A stretch of DNA of 64,000 nucleotides from Octopus vulgaris (GCA_951406725.2 OX597823.1:105152001-105216000); one strand, 5' to 3'. Positions 24,910 through 37,913 are shown, counted from the stretch's first letter. Notes: generated by a model not told the origin, from the sequence alone. A program made the numbers and translations.

Positions 24910-25114
24910 GTTATATATGGAGATATATTTATATATAACTAGCATTATGACCTGTTGTTGCCGGGTCATAGTGCTAGTGCATGTATATATGTGTATATAT
25001 ATGTGCACATATTACATGTACATCTATATATATACATCTACACATAAAATACAAAATACAAAGTTATATCTTGATATCACTAGTGATAACAATACTCAAA
25101 ATATATAACAGACT

Positions 25115-25430
25115 GGAATTGTAAGCCCGTCTCTTGCAATTTCGATCAATTGTATCTTGTCCTCCCTCTTGTATAGAAGTGTGGCTACAATCCAGCCAAC
25201 CTCAACTTCTGGGGAGGGGGGGGGGCATTTTAAATTTTTATCCAGCACGTTCTACGTCCCAGATATAAAGGTAAAAATAAAATATTTACACTTTGCAAGT
25301 TCGAGTCGAGTACTCCCTTGCATGCTCCGTTGACTCAAACCTTGCTTCTATTGTGGCGAATTTACCGCCTCTGGTTAGATATCTTTCATAGTCGCACCAA
25401 GACACTTTTCGATGGTGCTTTCCTCCAGGT
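25115..25430 (-). pseudogene. Old Tx1-type ORF1 fragment, downstream half
   Basis: LEESTIEKCLGAT..YLTRGGKFATIEARFESTEHAREYS..NILFLPLYLGRRT aligns with the ORF1s at 29390-30391 and 31161-32036. Confidence 0.8.
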
Positions 25431-25675
25431 TGTTTTATTATTACCCACAAGGGGCGAACATAGATAGGACAATACAATCTGATGTGGGGTCAGACACACG
25501 AATGGGTTTTTACAATAAAATGAGTTTAAAAATTAACATGAAATTACAAAATATACACAAAATCGAATGTTAGAACAGACCGGAAGACATTACGGGTGGA
25601 GTGGGTGCGGGTTTAGCTCGGACCCCACGAGCCCCGCCTCCCCACTGATACTTTTGGTTGCGCTTGGTATTACAT

Positions 25676-28600
25676 TTATGTTGTATCTTTCACTCGCAAC
25701 TTTCGTGCTACATCTTTCCATCGTTCTTCATACACTCTCCTAGTCAGGCATATTCTCTCCAGCCCTATCTTCCTTTTCAGGTGAAAGATGAAATAATTCA
25801 TCAAACCAGGGTCGGAGATGAACTTGCCTGACTGTAAACCTTTCATTCTCGTCTTCCATATCACCTCTTTCGCAATTGCTACTACAACGAGAAAACGAAA
25901 CTTACCTTCATTCACGAGGAAATCCGGTGGGTCAATTTTTGTAATCGACTCAGTCGACAGCTGTACTCTTCGTGTACCTGACAACAGCTGTTCGGCATAA
26001 ACCCACACCTCAGACACGTCCGGACAATGAACAATAGCGGTGCGGGACGGTTTCCCTATCCCGCCCGCATCTTGGACATATCGGACTGTCTTGGCCACCG
26101 TGCCTTGCGAGTTTATCTCGAACAGGTAGAGCTCCTCTGTAGCATTACCATGCCAGAGACTTCTGGAAGTTGTCCAGTGTCCTCGGCTTGAACGTACGTC
26201 GGAACAGACTGGCCAGCTGATTATCGTCGAGACCTAGGGCTTCTCCCAAGGTATCTTCACATTCCGCCTCTACCAACCCTCTATAGAAGAATGTGGTGGA
26301 ACCCCCACCGCAGGCGTTGCCTGAGCGATGGAATAGCAGGAGAGCCTTGCGACACTCCGTGTACCAAGTACCAAGTTTCGATCTACGATTCAGCCAGGTT
26401 TCCCATCCACCGAAACTAGTGAACTTGGGAAACATCAGTTTTGCTAGCGAAGACCACACCCGTTCACCATCCAGGTAGAGCCACAGATGTCTTAACCTCA
26501 GCGCATGTCTGCGCATCATCAGCCAAGGCATCCCTAGCCCACCCTTTAACGGTTGTTGACAGCAAGTAGAGCGTTTCACAAGTGGTTTCCCACCCTTCCA
26601 CAAGAAGCAGAAGAGCTGTCTTTCCAACTTGATCAACCACGAATCAGGGCAAGGAACGACGGAAAGGCGGTAGGTGATAACCGATGCGATAAACACATTG
26701 GCCACCTCCGCCCTCCCTTTCAGGGATAGCCACCGCCAAGACCAGGTCTTGGCTACTGCAGCCACCTTGCTCGTTACCTCGCCCCAATTCTTCTCTATTT
26801 GGAGGTCTGGACCGAACCAGACCCCTAGCAGTTTAATCGGACCCTCCGTCCAACGTCCCACGACGCTGTCAGGAGGCATCGACTTGCCTCTCCAGGTGCC
26901 GAGTTGCAAGCCGACTGACTTTTCGCGATTAACTTTTGCTCCTGTCACCGTCTCGTAAACCTCTATGGCCTTGCCTACTTTACATAGGTGGTCCATTTCG
27001 GTTACGATGATGGTGATGTCATCCGCGTATGCTGACACTGATTTTCCATTACCTGGCTGTCTCAGGATGCCGCTCAGTTTTCGCAGTAATGGCTCGAGAG
27101 CCATCACGTACAAAAGCGGGGAGAGCGGACACCCTTGACGAACCGAGCGTTTGATTTTGAACGGCTTCGACAAGAAGCCGTTCACCCGAACTACCGAGTC
27201 GATGTTATCATACATTTGGATAATCCACCTGAGGAAGCCAAGGCTCAGCCCGAACTGTGCCAGGGCAGATACCAGGTAACGATGGTCGACCCTATCAAAG
27301 GCTTTAGATTGGTCTAAATGGACCAGTACCCCACCCTTGCCAGAATCACTATTAAACCCCTCTATAGTGTACCGCATTAGATGGAGATTATCCTGAATGG
27401 ATCTGCCCGGAACGGCACATGTCTGTGCCTCTCCGATCAGACCATCCGCGACACGCGCCAATCTTTTCGATAACACTTTGGCCAAAATCTTCAACTCTGT
27501 GTTTAGCAGAGTGATGGGCCTGAAATTATCAATGCACTCCCCCTTGCTCGGGTCCTTTCTGACGAGAGTCACTACTCCCCGGCGCACAGATCTGGGTATA
27601 AGCCCGTTCTGCTGCCAGTTCGCATAGACCTCCGCCAGTAGGTGCCCGAACAAGTCTGGCATACTCTTATATAACTCATAGGGTAGACCATCCAAACCCG
27701 GTGCCTTGCCTGCGCCGCAGTCCGCCATTGCCTCAAACACCTCCTCAGGCGTGATTGGCCCTTCACAGCCCTCCGCATCTCGCCCCGATAAGCGCGGCAG
27801 CCCGTCGAGTAGGTCCGTAAAGGCCCTCCTCCTATCCAGTCCGCCGCACTCACCGAAAAGCTGAGCGAAGTGCTCCTGAAAGGCCTCACACATCTTCTCG
27901 GGTTCGTTTATCAACTCACCTTGTTGGTTCGTCAAAGATCGAATCGTGGCATCATTACCATGCTGAGCTTCCACCAATCGGGCCCATCTCATGGCGTTGA
28001 TTCCTTCACATCCCATATGGCGGATTCTAGCCCTGACAATGCAGCCCATGTGTTTGGCCTCGAGGTGCTGGTTTAACACCAGTCTCTTAGACGCCACCTG
28101 AACCGCAGAGCCAGTTTTCATGGCTTCCTCTAATTCCTTAACTAGAGTAGTTTCCCTTCTAGCCTCTCTAGCCACTACTCCTATGCTATATCTAATAGAC
28201 TCAAACTTGATGGCTCGTTTGAGGGCGTACCACCATTTGTTATTAATGATGGTACCAGATAGTGCCCTCTGAATTATATTCCTAATCTGGTCTTTGTACT
28301 CCTTAATCGCCAGAAGGGACGTATTAAGTTTCCAGTAACCGGATCCTCTATTTTTAACCTTATCTATGTCAAGCTTACAAGTGACCATTTTATGATCACT
28401 GTAGCTGATCGGGTAAAACTGTGGACACTTAGCTATTTTACTGTCTACCTTTCTAATTAGTATTCTATCTAAATATGACCTGGAAGATCCGTCGCTGTTT
28501 GACCATGTCCACAATGGAGCGTTCGGAAATTCCAGCCTGTAAGGATCTGCTAGCTCAAAGCGGCTTAGCAGTTCCATGAAGCCACTGTTACCTTTCCTAT

Positions 28601-29073
28601 CTGGACGTGAGCCAACGCAATCTACATCCGCTTTGCAAATTGTGTTAAAGTCTCCTAGCACCACTAATGAATGCGAAGTACCAAGAAAGTTTTCTAGTTC
28701 ACGAAAATAATCACTTTGCCCTGTACTGTTGGGTGCGTAAATTGCAACCAGTCTGATAACTTTACCATTACTGAACGTCAAATCCATGACGACCAGCCTA
28801 CCTTCTGGATCTGCAAAAATTAACTTTTTTCTCAGAAACCCGGTTTCTTTTTAATAGGACCAACACCCCACTCCCGCCTGTAGGACTGCCAGGAGAGAAA
28901 AAACTCTCGTAGCCGTCAAACAGCGGGAGTAGACCTCTTGGCCCCTCTAACCGGGTTTCTGTAGCAACAATAACATCTAAATTACGCGACCTGATATCAT
29001 GCAGGAAGCGACCTTGCTTCCAGCCTGCTCCCAGGCCGCGCACATTCAAACAACCAACATAAATGTAATCCAT
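25676..29073 (-). pseudogene. ORF2: AP endonuclease, reverse transcriptase and C-terminal Cys/His domain, with few disablements
   Basis: CLNVRGL, ATET, GDFN, YLDRI, SDH (APE); KAPGLDG, FRPITLLN, LDQSKAFDRV, VRQGCPLSP, AYADD (RT). Frameshift near 28790 and disruption near 26145. Confidence 0.95.
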
Positions 29074-29081
29074 TACTTACC

Positions 29082-30391
29082 TTATATCAGTGGTTCGGTT
29101 TTTTCTTTTTCTTCTTTGTTTGTCTCTTTTTCTGGGCCTCGTGGGGGAGTCTGACGCAGGCCCTCGAATATATATGGAGATGTTATATCCATTCTGAGCG
29201 GGCCTACGTCATGAAAAAATTTGGACTTTATCCGTCCGTAATCCTTCCGGCCTATTCTGTACAATACATAGTCATTTTTCCTCCCTATTTTTTCTACTTT
29301 GGCCATCGCTGCCAACACATTACCGAGTCTATTGTTCGTGGCCTTAACGGCCATAAATGAGTTCAACGACTCTCTTTTCTTCTTTTGGTTTACTTTGGGA
29401 GGGGTGGTTTCAGTTTTTCTTTTTTTCTAGTGATTTTTGACCACCCCTCCTCCTTTTTCGTTTCCTCGCTCTTTTTTTCCTCCGCCGCTGGTTCCGCTGC
29501 CTCTGTCACCTCCACACCTTCAGCCGTCCCTCCTGGGCCGCCCAGCGCTGCTTCTGATGACACCTCTTCTGCTTTTCCATTTGGCTGAGCTGCTTCCTGC
29601 GGTTTGGGTTGGCATTCTGCCCTTACATGCCCTTTCTTACCGCAGCCGAAGCACCTCGGCTTTCTGCCCTCTACGAAGACTGTGACTCTATCTTCTTCGC
29701 TTATTTTTAGAGTCTCTGGAATCTCCTCCAGGGTTTGTATTTCTGCCTGGATGGCTATTATTATCCGCTGCCCTTTCCAGAATTCTTCCTCCTCTACAGT
29801 GGCCTGGAGGATGTTTATTTTTTCCTCCAGGCCTACCATAACTGCTGCCACCAGAACTTCAGCATCCGCTTCTGGCGGAATATTATTCATAGTGATCTTT
29901 GATGTTCTTTTGCCTCTATACAGGGGTAGGAGAACAATATTCTCCGCTTTTATTGGTTCCATGGATAGCTTTTTAGCTACCTCCTCTGTTGTGAATCTCA
30001 CCTCCACTGTGCCGTATTTCTTCCCTCGATTGATGTATGTGATCTTATCCATTATCGGCTTTAAGCAATTTTCGATTTTTTTCTCCTCTATTTTTTGTAT
30101 TGATTTGCTTGTTGTATTGAAGGTCTTATAAATTATTCTTCTTTTTGTAATTTCTTCCTGTTTTTGGGCGTTTGAAGCCACGGTTACTTCCGTGCCCTCT
30201 TTTGACACACAGTCCACCTTTAGGTTTTCGACATTAATTTTTTTAATTTTCTTACCAGCTACTTCCGAAAATTTTTTCGCTGGTGCTGGAATATCTTTTT
30301 TCTTTGGCGACCCCGCCTCTTTTTTCTTTGGCGACACCGCCGGTGATCCTGCATCACTAGTCACAGGTGAATATGAGATGGGGGATTCCAT
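29082..30391 (-). pseudogene. ORF1 gag-like protein with CCHC zinc knuckle
   Basis: 333-aa ORF containing CFGCGKKGHVRAEC. It continues after a frameshift near 29395 into 29082-29366. Confidence 0.88.
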
Positions 30392-30616
30392 CTCCGATAA
30401 CTGGCTTTAACAAGCCCTTGGCACAACCAAGATAATGATAGTTTTTCCCCCACGGAGGGGGGAATACCAACACGAAGCCTTCGCACGAAGGCTGACTTCA
30501 ACAGTTGTACAACAATACAGAAAGACAGTTAGACACACAGTAGATTATAACGGAGAAAATATACACAAGGCAAAATATAATAACTCACTATACACTCGAA
30601 TTGATTTCCTCCAGGT

Positions 30617-32387
30617 GATTTTATTACTACCCACAAGGGGCGAACATAGAGGGGACAATACAATCGGGGAACTTAAAATAAGAAAGCGAAATGACAAGAA
30701 AGGAAAAAATAAAAAGTAAAAATGACAAATGAAAGAATATTTACAATGAGATGCAAATGCCCACTCGATCCCCGGAATCGAGAGGTTACATTTTCGTCAC
30801 ATATAGTTCACAATTTTTTTTTCTTTTTCTCTTCTTTCTTCTCTCTCCTCTCACAATCTCACACGTATTCCATAATACCTTTCAAGTCTCTAAAGTCAAT
30901 CACTGAGCCCTCAGGCAGCCGCTCTTTCATTCGAACACCCGTGTAAAAAATTACACTCTCTCCAGCTGCTCTGAGGAACTCAGCGACTCTTTCTTCGGGG
31001 ATCAGAGCAGTCTCCTGCCACTGATCAGTCATCCTGTTGACCCACACATGTCCCTCCGTACTACATGTCAATTCCTTCATTTCGGGGCTGAAATGGAAGG
31101 TTATTAACTTGTAGTAATCTTGTTTCCGTCCTACGTTTTCTCTCGTTTTTCTTTTCGGGCTTACTTCTTCCTTGTTCTCCTCTCTTTGTTTCTCTCTTTC
31201 TCTCTTTTTGCCTTCTTTTCTTTCTTCTTCCTTCTCTTGTCTTTTTGGTTCTTTGTCTGTTCTCTCTTTCTCTCGTGTTTTATGTTCCTTTTCTTTTTCT
31301 TTTGTGTGCCGTCTTTTCTTTTCGTTTGATTCTGATCTCTCTCTTGTTTTTTTCCTGTTGTTTCTTTTTCCTTTTTCTTTTCCTGACTCTGTTTTGGTTC
31401 TATTTCTTTCTTTTCTTTTATTTCTTTTTCCTTCGTTGACTTATTATTTCCTTTCTCTTGTTGTTTTGTCTCCTTTTCTATGTTTTCTTTTTCATTTACC
31501 GTATTCTTCTTTCCTTCAAGTTCCTTCTCGCACTCCGCCATGAATTCGTATAACGGGCACTCTTTTTTAATGTGCCCCCTTGTCCCGCACAAGTAGCAGT
31601 TTGGCTTTCTTCCCTCTACAATTACACTGAGGGTTTTCTCGTCTTCGATTTCTATTCTATAGGGGAACCTTTCAATGTCCTCTTTTGTGGCCATCAAACA
31701 CAGTTCTACCCCATATCCTCTCCAATTTACTGCGTTGGACTCCTTAAAGGATTCCACCTCCACTTCCTCTTCTGCTGCTCCTAGAATAGCTGTTGCCAGC
31801 CATTCTGTTTTTACTTCTGGGGGTATATTCGGGATTTTAACCCGGACCCCTCTTCTTCCCTTGTATGAGGGCCACATTATAAATGTTTCCGCTCTTAGAA
31901 CAGTGGTAGCCAGTGAGGCTGCAATTTCTTCCGTTGCACATCTCACCTCCACCGTACCAAATTTTTTTCCTCTACTCACGTAGGTCGATTTATCCATTAT
32001 GTCTCCCAGACATTTTTCGATCTCTGCTATCTCCACTCTTGCCAGTTTCTTTGTACTTTTGTCCTGGGTTCTATACGTTACAGTTTTGTTTTCCTTTGTC
32101 CTCCTTTGCTTTCACGGGGGGATTAGCTTCACGCTATCACCCTCCCTTTTGAATAGCTTTTCATATTCTTTGATTTTACTTTTCTCAAAGAAAACATCCT
32201 TCACGATTATTGCCGAATCATTATTATTCTTTCCCGTGACCCCCGCGTAAGTCGCCATGACTAGAGGGTCAATTCACCTTCTTCTGAAGGTTTCCAAACG
32301 TGGAGGCAAACGCCTCGCGCGATATTAATCACTTTACACAACAAAATTTCACTGTCTAATCACAGATAACAACACGCAAAAAAATGA
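30617..32387 (-). mobile_element. ORF1-only (HAL1-like) element, copy 1
   Basis: ATG at 32258 (MATYAGVTGK), one TGA where copy 2 has CGA, CYLCGTRGHIKKEC knuckle, K/E-rich linker, C-terminal domain to 30859. No RT. LINE-type 3' tail. Confidence 0.88.
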
Positions 32388-32399
32388 TTTCCTCCAGGT

Positions 32400-34163
32400 G
32401 ATTTTATTACTACCCACAAGGGGCGAACATAGAGGGGACAATACAATCGGGGAACTTAAAATAAGAAAGCGAAATGACAAGAAGGAAAAAATAAAAATAA
32501 AAATGACAAATGAAAGAATATTTACAATGAGATGCAAATGCCCACTCGATCCCCGGAATCGAGAGGTTACATTTTCGTCACATATAGTTCACAATTTTTT
32601 TTTCTTTTTTCTCTTCTTTCTTCTCTCTCCTCTCACAATCTCACACGTATTCCATAATACTTTTCAAGTCTCTAAAGTCAATCACTGAGCCCTCAGGCAG
32701 CCGCTCTTTCACTCGAACACCCGTGTAAAAAATTACACTCTCTCCAGCTGCTCTGAGGAACTCAGCGACTCTTTCTTCGGGGATCAGAGCAGTCTCCTGC
32801 CACTGATCAGTCATCCTGTTGACCCACACATGTCCCTCCATACTACATGTCAATTCCTTCATTTCGGGGCTGAAATGGAAGGTTATTAACTTGTAGTAAT
32901 CTTGTTTCCGTCCTACGTTTTCTCTCGTTTTTCTTTTCGGGCTTACTTCTTCCTTGTTCTCCTCTCTTTGTTTCTCTCTTTCTCTCTTTTTGCCTTCTTT
33001 TCTTTCTTCTTCCTTCTCTTGTCTTTTTGGTTCTTTGTCTGTTCTCTCTTTCTCTCGTGTTTTATGTTCCTTTTCTTTTTCTTTTGTGTGCCGTCTTTTC
33101 TTTCGTTTGGTTCTGTTCTCTCTCTTGTTTTTTTCCTGTTATTTCTTTTTCCTTTTTCTTTTCCTGACTCTGTTTTGGTTCTATTTCTTTCTTTTCTTTT
33201 ATTTCTTTTTCCTTCGTTGACTTATTATTTCCTTTCTCTTGTTGTTTTGTCTCCTTTTCTATGTTTTCTTTTTCATTTACCGTATTCTTCTTTCCTTCAA
33301 TTTCCTTCTCATACTCCGCCATGAATTCATATAACGGGCACTCTTTTTTAATGTGCCCCCTTGTCCCGCACAAGTAGCAGTTTGGCTTTCTTCCCTCTAC
33401 AATTACACTGAGGGTTTTCTCGTCTTCGATTTCTATTCTATAGGGGAACCTTTCAATGTCCTCTTTTGTGGCCATCAAACACAGTTCTACCCCATATCCT
33501 CTCCAATTTACTGCGTTGGACTCCTTAAAGGATTCCACCTCCACTTCCTCTTCTGCTGCTCCTAGAATAGCTGTTGCCAGCCATTCTGTTTTTACTTCTG
33601 GGGGTATATTCGGGATTTTAACCCGGACCCCTCTTCTTCCCTTGTATGAGGGCCACATTATAAATGTTTCCGCTCTTAGAACAGTGGTAGCCAGTGAGGC
33701 TGCAATTTCTTCCGTTGCACATCTCACCTCCACCGTACCAAATTTTTTCCTCTACTCACGTAGGTCGATTTATCCATTATGTCTCCCAGACATTTTTCGA
33801 TCTCTGCTATCTCCACTCTTGCCAGTTTCTTTGTACTTTTGTCCTGGGTTCTATACGTTACAGTTTTGTTTTCTTTGTCCTCTTTTGCTTTCGCGGGGGG
33901 ATTAGCTTCACGCTATCACCCTCCCTTTTGAATAGCTTTTCATATTCTTTGATTTTACTTTTCTCAAAGAAAACATCCTTCACGATTATTGCCGAATCAT
34001 TATTATTCTTTCCCGTGACCCCCGCGTAAGTCGCCATGACTAGAGGGTCAATTCACCTTCTTCTGAAGGTTTCCAAACGTGGAGGCAAACGCCTCGCGCG
34101 ATATTAATCACTTTACACAACAAAATTTCAACGTCTAATCACAGATAACAACACGCAAATAGA
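32400..34163 (-). mobile_element. ORF1-only (HAL1-like) element, copy 2
   Basis: Near-identical to copy 1 at an offset of ~1782, with different small indels. Confidence 0.88.
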
Positions 34164-34170
34164 TTTTGGA

Positions 34171-34240
34171 CAGGTGTTCAAATCTTCTTTTTTCTCTACA
34201 TTGTATACTTTATAGACAATAGTCTTTTCTTTAATTTAAT
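34171..34240 (-). pseudogene. Old Tx1-type ORF1 fragment, upstream half
   Basis: IKEKTIVYKVYNVEKK..FEHL joins EESTIEKCL at ~25425 once the array is removed. Confidence 0.7.
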
Positions 34241-34818
34241 TTTTTATTATCCATCCGGACTATTCCATTTCTGCACGCTAATTTTATTTTTAATTTATTC
34301 CCACTCATGTGAAACCACTTATTCAAGTTCAAGTCATTGATGCAATTTTATACCAATTGTTATTTTTACTTTTGTTATGTTACGATTATATTATACTTTA
34401 GTTTGATTTTAATTATTACTTACTACATATAATTCAATTGTTATTATTATTTTTATCGTTAAAGTGAAAGTATCTGACATAAAATAGAGAAATGTTTTTG
34501 TTTCACTTTTAACACGTAATACTAAAATAGTGGAGAAGATATGATATTGCTATGGGCTCGCTCTAGGCAAGAAGTTGAACATTTTTTTTGCCCATGAAAC
34601 TACATGGACCCTAAGTAAGGCATGTGTAAAATTTGAATGAAATTGGTTGTGTAGTTCTCAAGTTTTAGGGAAACACACAGACAGACACACATTCTCAGTT
34701 TTATATATATAGAGGGACATATGCTACATATATATTCTTCCTGAACGTCAAACTAACACACTTGCTTGCTGTTCCCTCACCTGCCTTTGTCTTTTGTTTT
34801 CAGTACATTTGAACCAGG

Positions 34819-34853
<35 letters not shown>

Positions 34854-34854
34854 T

Positions 34855-34931
<77 letters not shown>

Positions 34932-35035
34932 GTGTATATGTATATATATATGTGTATATGTATATGTGTATGTATATGTATATGTGTATGTATATGTGTT
35001 TATATATATATTTTCTTTTGATACATATATGTGTT

Positions 35036-35066
<31 letters not shown>

Positions 35067-35190
35067 GCATGTAAATATATGTATGTATGTACGTATGTAT
35101 GTATATATGTATGTATATATATATATTATTTTATATTATTATTTTCATACATATAGATCTGCTGTATACATACATACATACATACATACA

Positions 35191-35222
<32 letters not shown>

Positions 35223-35232
35223 GGCATACACA

Positions 35233-35277
<45 letters not shown>

Positions 35278-35569
35278 ACACGCACTCACAACAAGCTTCT
35301 GCATGTTTCTGGCAACAAAATCATTGGCTGGCCAGGGGCCACAATAGAAGACACTTACACAGTGGGACTGAACCCAAAGCTACAGGGTTGTGAAGTGAAC
35401 TTTCCACAAAGAAAACATTTTGTTGCTCCTTTCTTTCGCTTGCATTGTTGAGTGGGTAGGGTTTAGATGGCAAAGATATACAAATGGAGTAAAAAATGCT
35501 GAAAATTATAATGAACTTAGCAGACAATGAGGAATTGCTTGTAGGGACACTGTATTTCATTTTGCAACC

Positions 35570-37430
35570 ATAATATAGGTTTTTGCAGTCATTTTTGCCC
35601 ATTTGCCATTCAATTTGATAATTGGATCAGCTGCATTTTATATCCCTTTCTCTTACACCAACTTGTAATGAGGGAACCACGTGTAAGGTACATGTGTATA
35701 TTGGGCAAAGATAGGGCAAGGCTGGTTGATGCCTTTGATGGGCATCAAACCAATTACCTACAAATGGCAGACACACTTGGCATTAAAAGAAGTACTGCCT
35801 GATCCACAGTAGTGACCTACCAATGGCCTGGGAGGCACCACAAGTTGCCCAGAGGAGCTGTCCACTACGTTAAGCTTGATGAGGAAATACAGGCCAGTCT
35901 TCAGGTGATTATTGATGCCAACCCATTTGCAACACTTCAACAGATGAAGAGGGACTTAGAGGCAGCATTCCCCAGAAAGCTGCCTGTTCCTGTGTCTGCA
36001 ATCTCATGGGCTCTAGATGGGATATTGATAACTATGAAGTTGGTCAAAGATGTCCCAGATGCAAGAAGTACTCTGAGAATTCTGGAGAAGCATTTTGAGT
36101 ACGCACATTGGTTCATGGAAGAGGAAGTTGTTGGCCATTGTGTATTCATTGATGAATGTGGGTACAACATTTGGACCAGGTGGTCTTTTGGACGAGCCCC
36201 TCAAGGCATCCCTGTTCACCAAAGTGCTAACCATCAGTGTGGGAAAAACTGCAATGACACTTTCGCAGTGTTGGGAAAAATCAGCCTGGTTCACCACTCC
36301 ATTGCGAATGATACTGTTACATGAAACTCTTCTGAGGAGTTCTTGGCAGAAACAGTTCGAACATGTGCTGACATGTTCCCAGCAAATGAATTAGTCTGCT
36401 TGATCAACGACAATGAAAGGTCACAAGTTCATGCCGAGGTCCCAGCCGACACTGACTCACAGATCAATCTGAAACTCCTGCCTCCCTGCTCGCTGTTTCT
36501 TAACTGTATGAAAACGGCACATTCTACCTTTAAGGCAGCTGTCAAGTGGGATCTCAGTTGAGCTGAGTTGCAGCAGAGGGTTGGCAACTGAACAACTGCA
36601 TAAGAAGCTGGCATAACCGTGAAAGAATGGTGAGCACATGTCATACAACAGGTCACAAGACATAACATCGACACTATCACTCCAAAAATTCTGTTTGTTG
36701 GTATAGACACATCCAGACCTACCTCCTGAGATACCTCAACCACCAGTGAATAAACGGCTAAATTCTCTCAAATGAACTCTCCTTATTAAGACTGTAAATC
36801 AATAATTATCTCAGTATACACAGCACTCTTTCCCCGATGAAAGAAAAATGCAAAATCAAAGAAATATACACTTTTCCCAACAAGACATATTATGCAAAAG
36901 AAGAACACAAATTACAACATAATGAATTTAAAATCAAAGAAAAGGAACATCTGTTGTAATTGTGAGTTTCTTTAAAAAGATTGAAAAGGCTGGAATGCGA
37001 TTTCATAAAGTCTTTAACAATAAATACATGTACAAAAGCAAAAATAAAAGAATACATAGAGAAGACATGGGCTTAAAGCATAAACAATGGATGGAAACAC
37101 ATGATTATGATAACTAGGATCATGAGATAAATCCAAAACAACTATCATGGTAATTCGATTGCTCGAAGTGTTAAATAGATTACTCCAAAATGAATTTGAA
37201 TGCTCAAAAAGACGCTTTCTCACATTCTGACTAATTTGAATGATCCCAATAGGCATTTTAATTTGAATGATGCAAATGCTAAATTCTTTGACCGAAGTGC
37301 GAAATTAAATGATCGAAAAACGAATTTGAAGGACTAACTTCATGGCATTCATATTTTCATGTCTTTGGATGACCTGATTATTATCAAATTGAATGGGGAA
37401 CGTATGAAAATGATGGCAAAAACCAATACA
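35570..37430 (+). mobile_element. Tc1/IS630-superfamily transposon with decayed transposase
   Basis: CVFIDECGYN, LINDN, LLPPCSLFLNCMK (LPPYSPxLNPIE type). Imperfect TIRs at 35578-35630 and 37374-37424. Confidence 0.85.
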
Positions 37431-37530
37431 TTACCAGGTATATTAGATTTTTATAGAAAATCTGTAGAGATAAACTTCAAAACACACACACATGCACATA
37501 TACATAATACATTCATATATACACATACAC

Positions 37531-37580
<50 letters not shown>

Positions 37581-37620
37581 CAAAGTGAAGTTGTAAGGTA
37601 CCGCACAAGTGGAAATATAC

Positions 37621-37913
37621 ATGAAAGAAGGCTTGAAAATGCTATTTTAAAGCTGCTTATTCACTTGACCGGTTTCACTTTTTTAGAAAAAGACTGTCAA
37701 AAGTAAAATATAAAAGTTTTGTAAAAGCTTTGTAGTGTTAAGTACTGGTTGTCACAAAAGTATTAAAATACATATAATACTTTTGTGACAACCAGTACTT
37801 AACACTACAAAGCTTATACAAAGCTTTTACATTTTACTTTTGACAATCTTTTTCTAAAAAAGTGAAACTGGTCAAGTGAATAAGCATCTTTAAAATTGCA
37901 TTTTCAAACTTTC

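Larger units (their letters stand above)
25431..30604 (-). mobile_element. Near full-length Tx1/L1-clade non-LTR retrotransposon
   Basis: 5' UTR, CCHC ORF1, APE-RT ORF2 and short 3' UTR. Flanked by ACCTGGAGGAAA on both sides. Confidence 0.93.
24939..34713 (-). mobile_element. Non-autonomous Helitron (~1.0 kb when empty) hosting the LINE array
   Basis: 5' TCTATATATATAAAACTGAGAATGTGTGTCTGTC at 34713 resembles the other Helitron 5' ends. 3' hairpin gacccggcaacaacaggtc plus CTAG|T at 24939. Pairing of the two ends is inferred. Confidence 0.6.

Noticed and set aside
25419-25430. U1 snRNA as the Tx1 target (ACCTGG)
   Set aside because: The match is only 6 nt and the flanks encode an ORF1 fragment, not snRNA.
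30617-34163. LTRs of an LTR retrotransposon
   Set aside because: The repeats are adjacent, coding, lack TG..CA ends and finish in the LINE-type tail.
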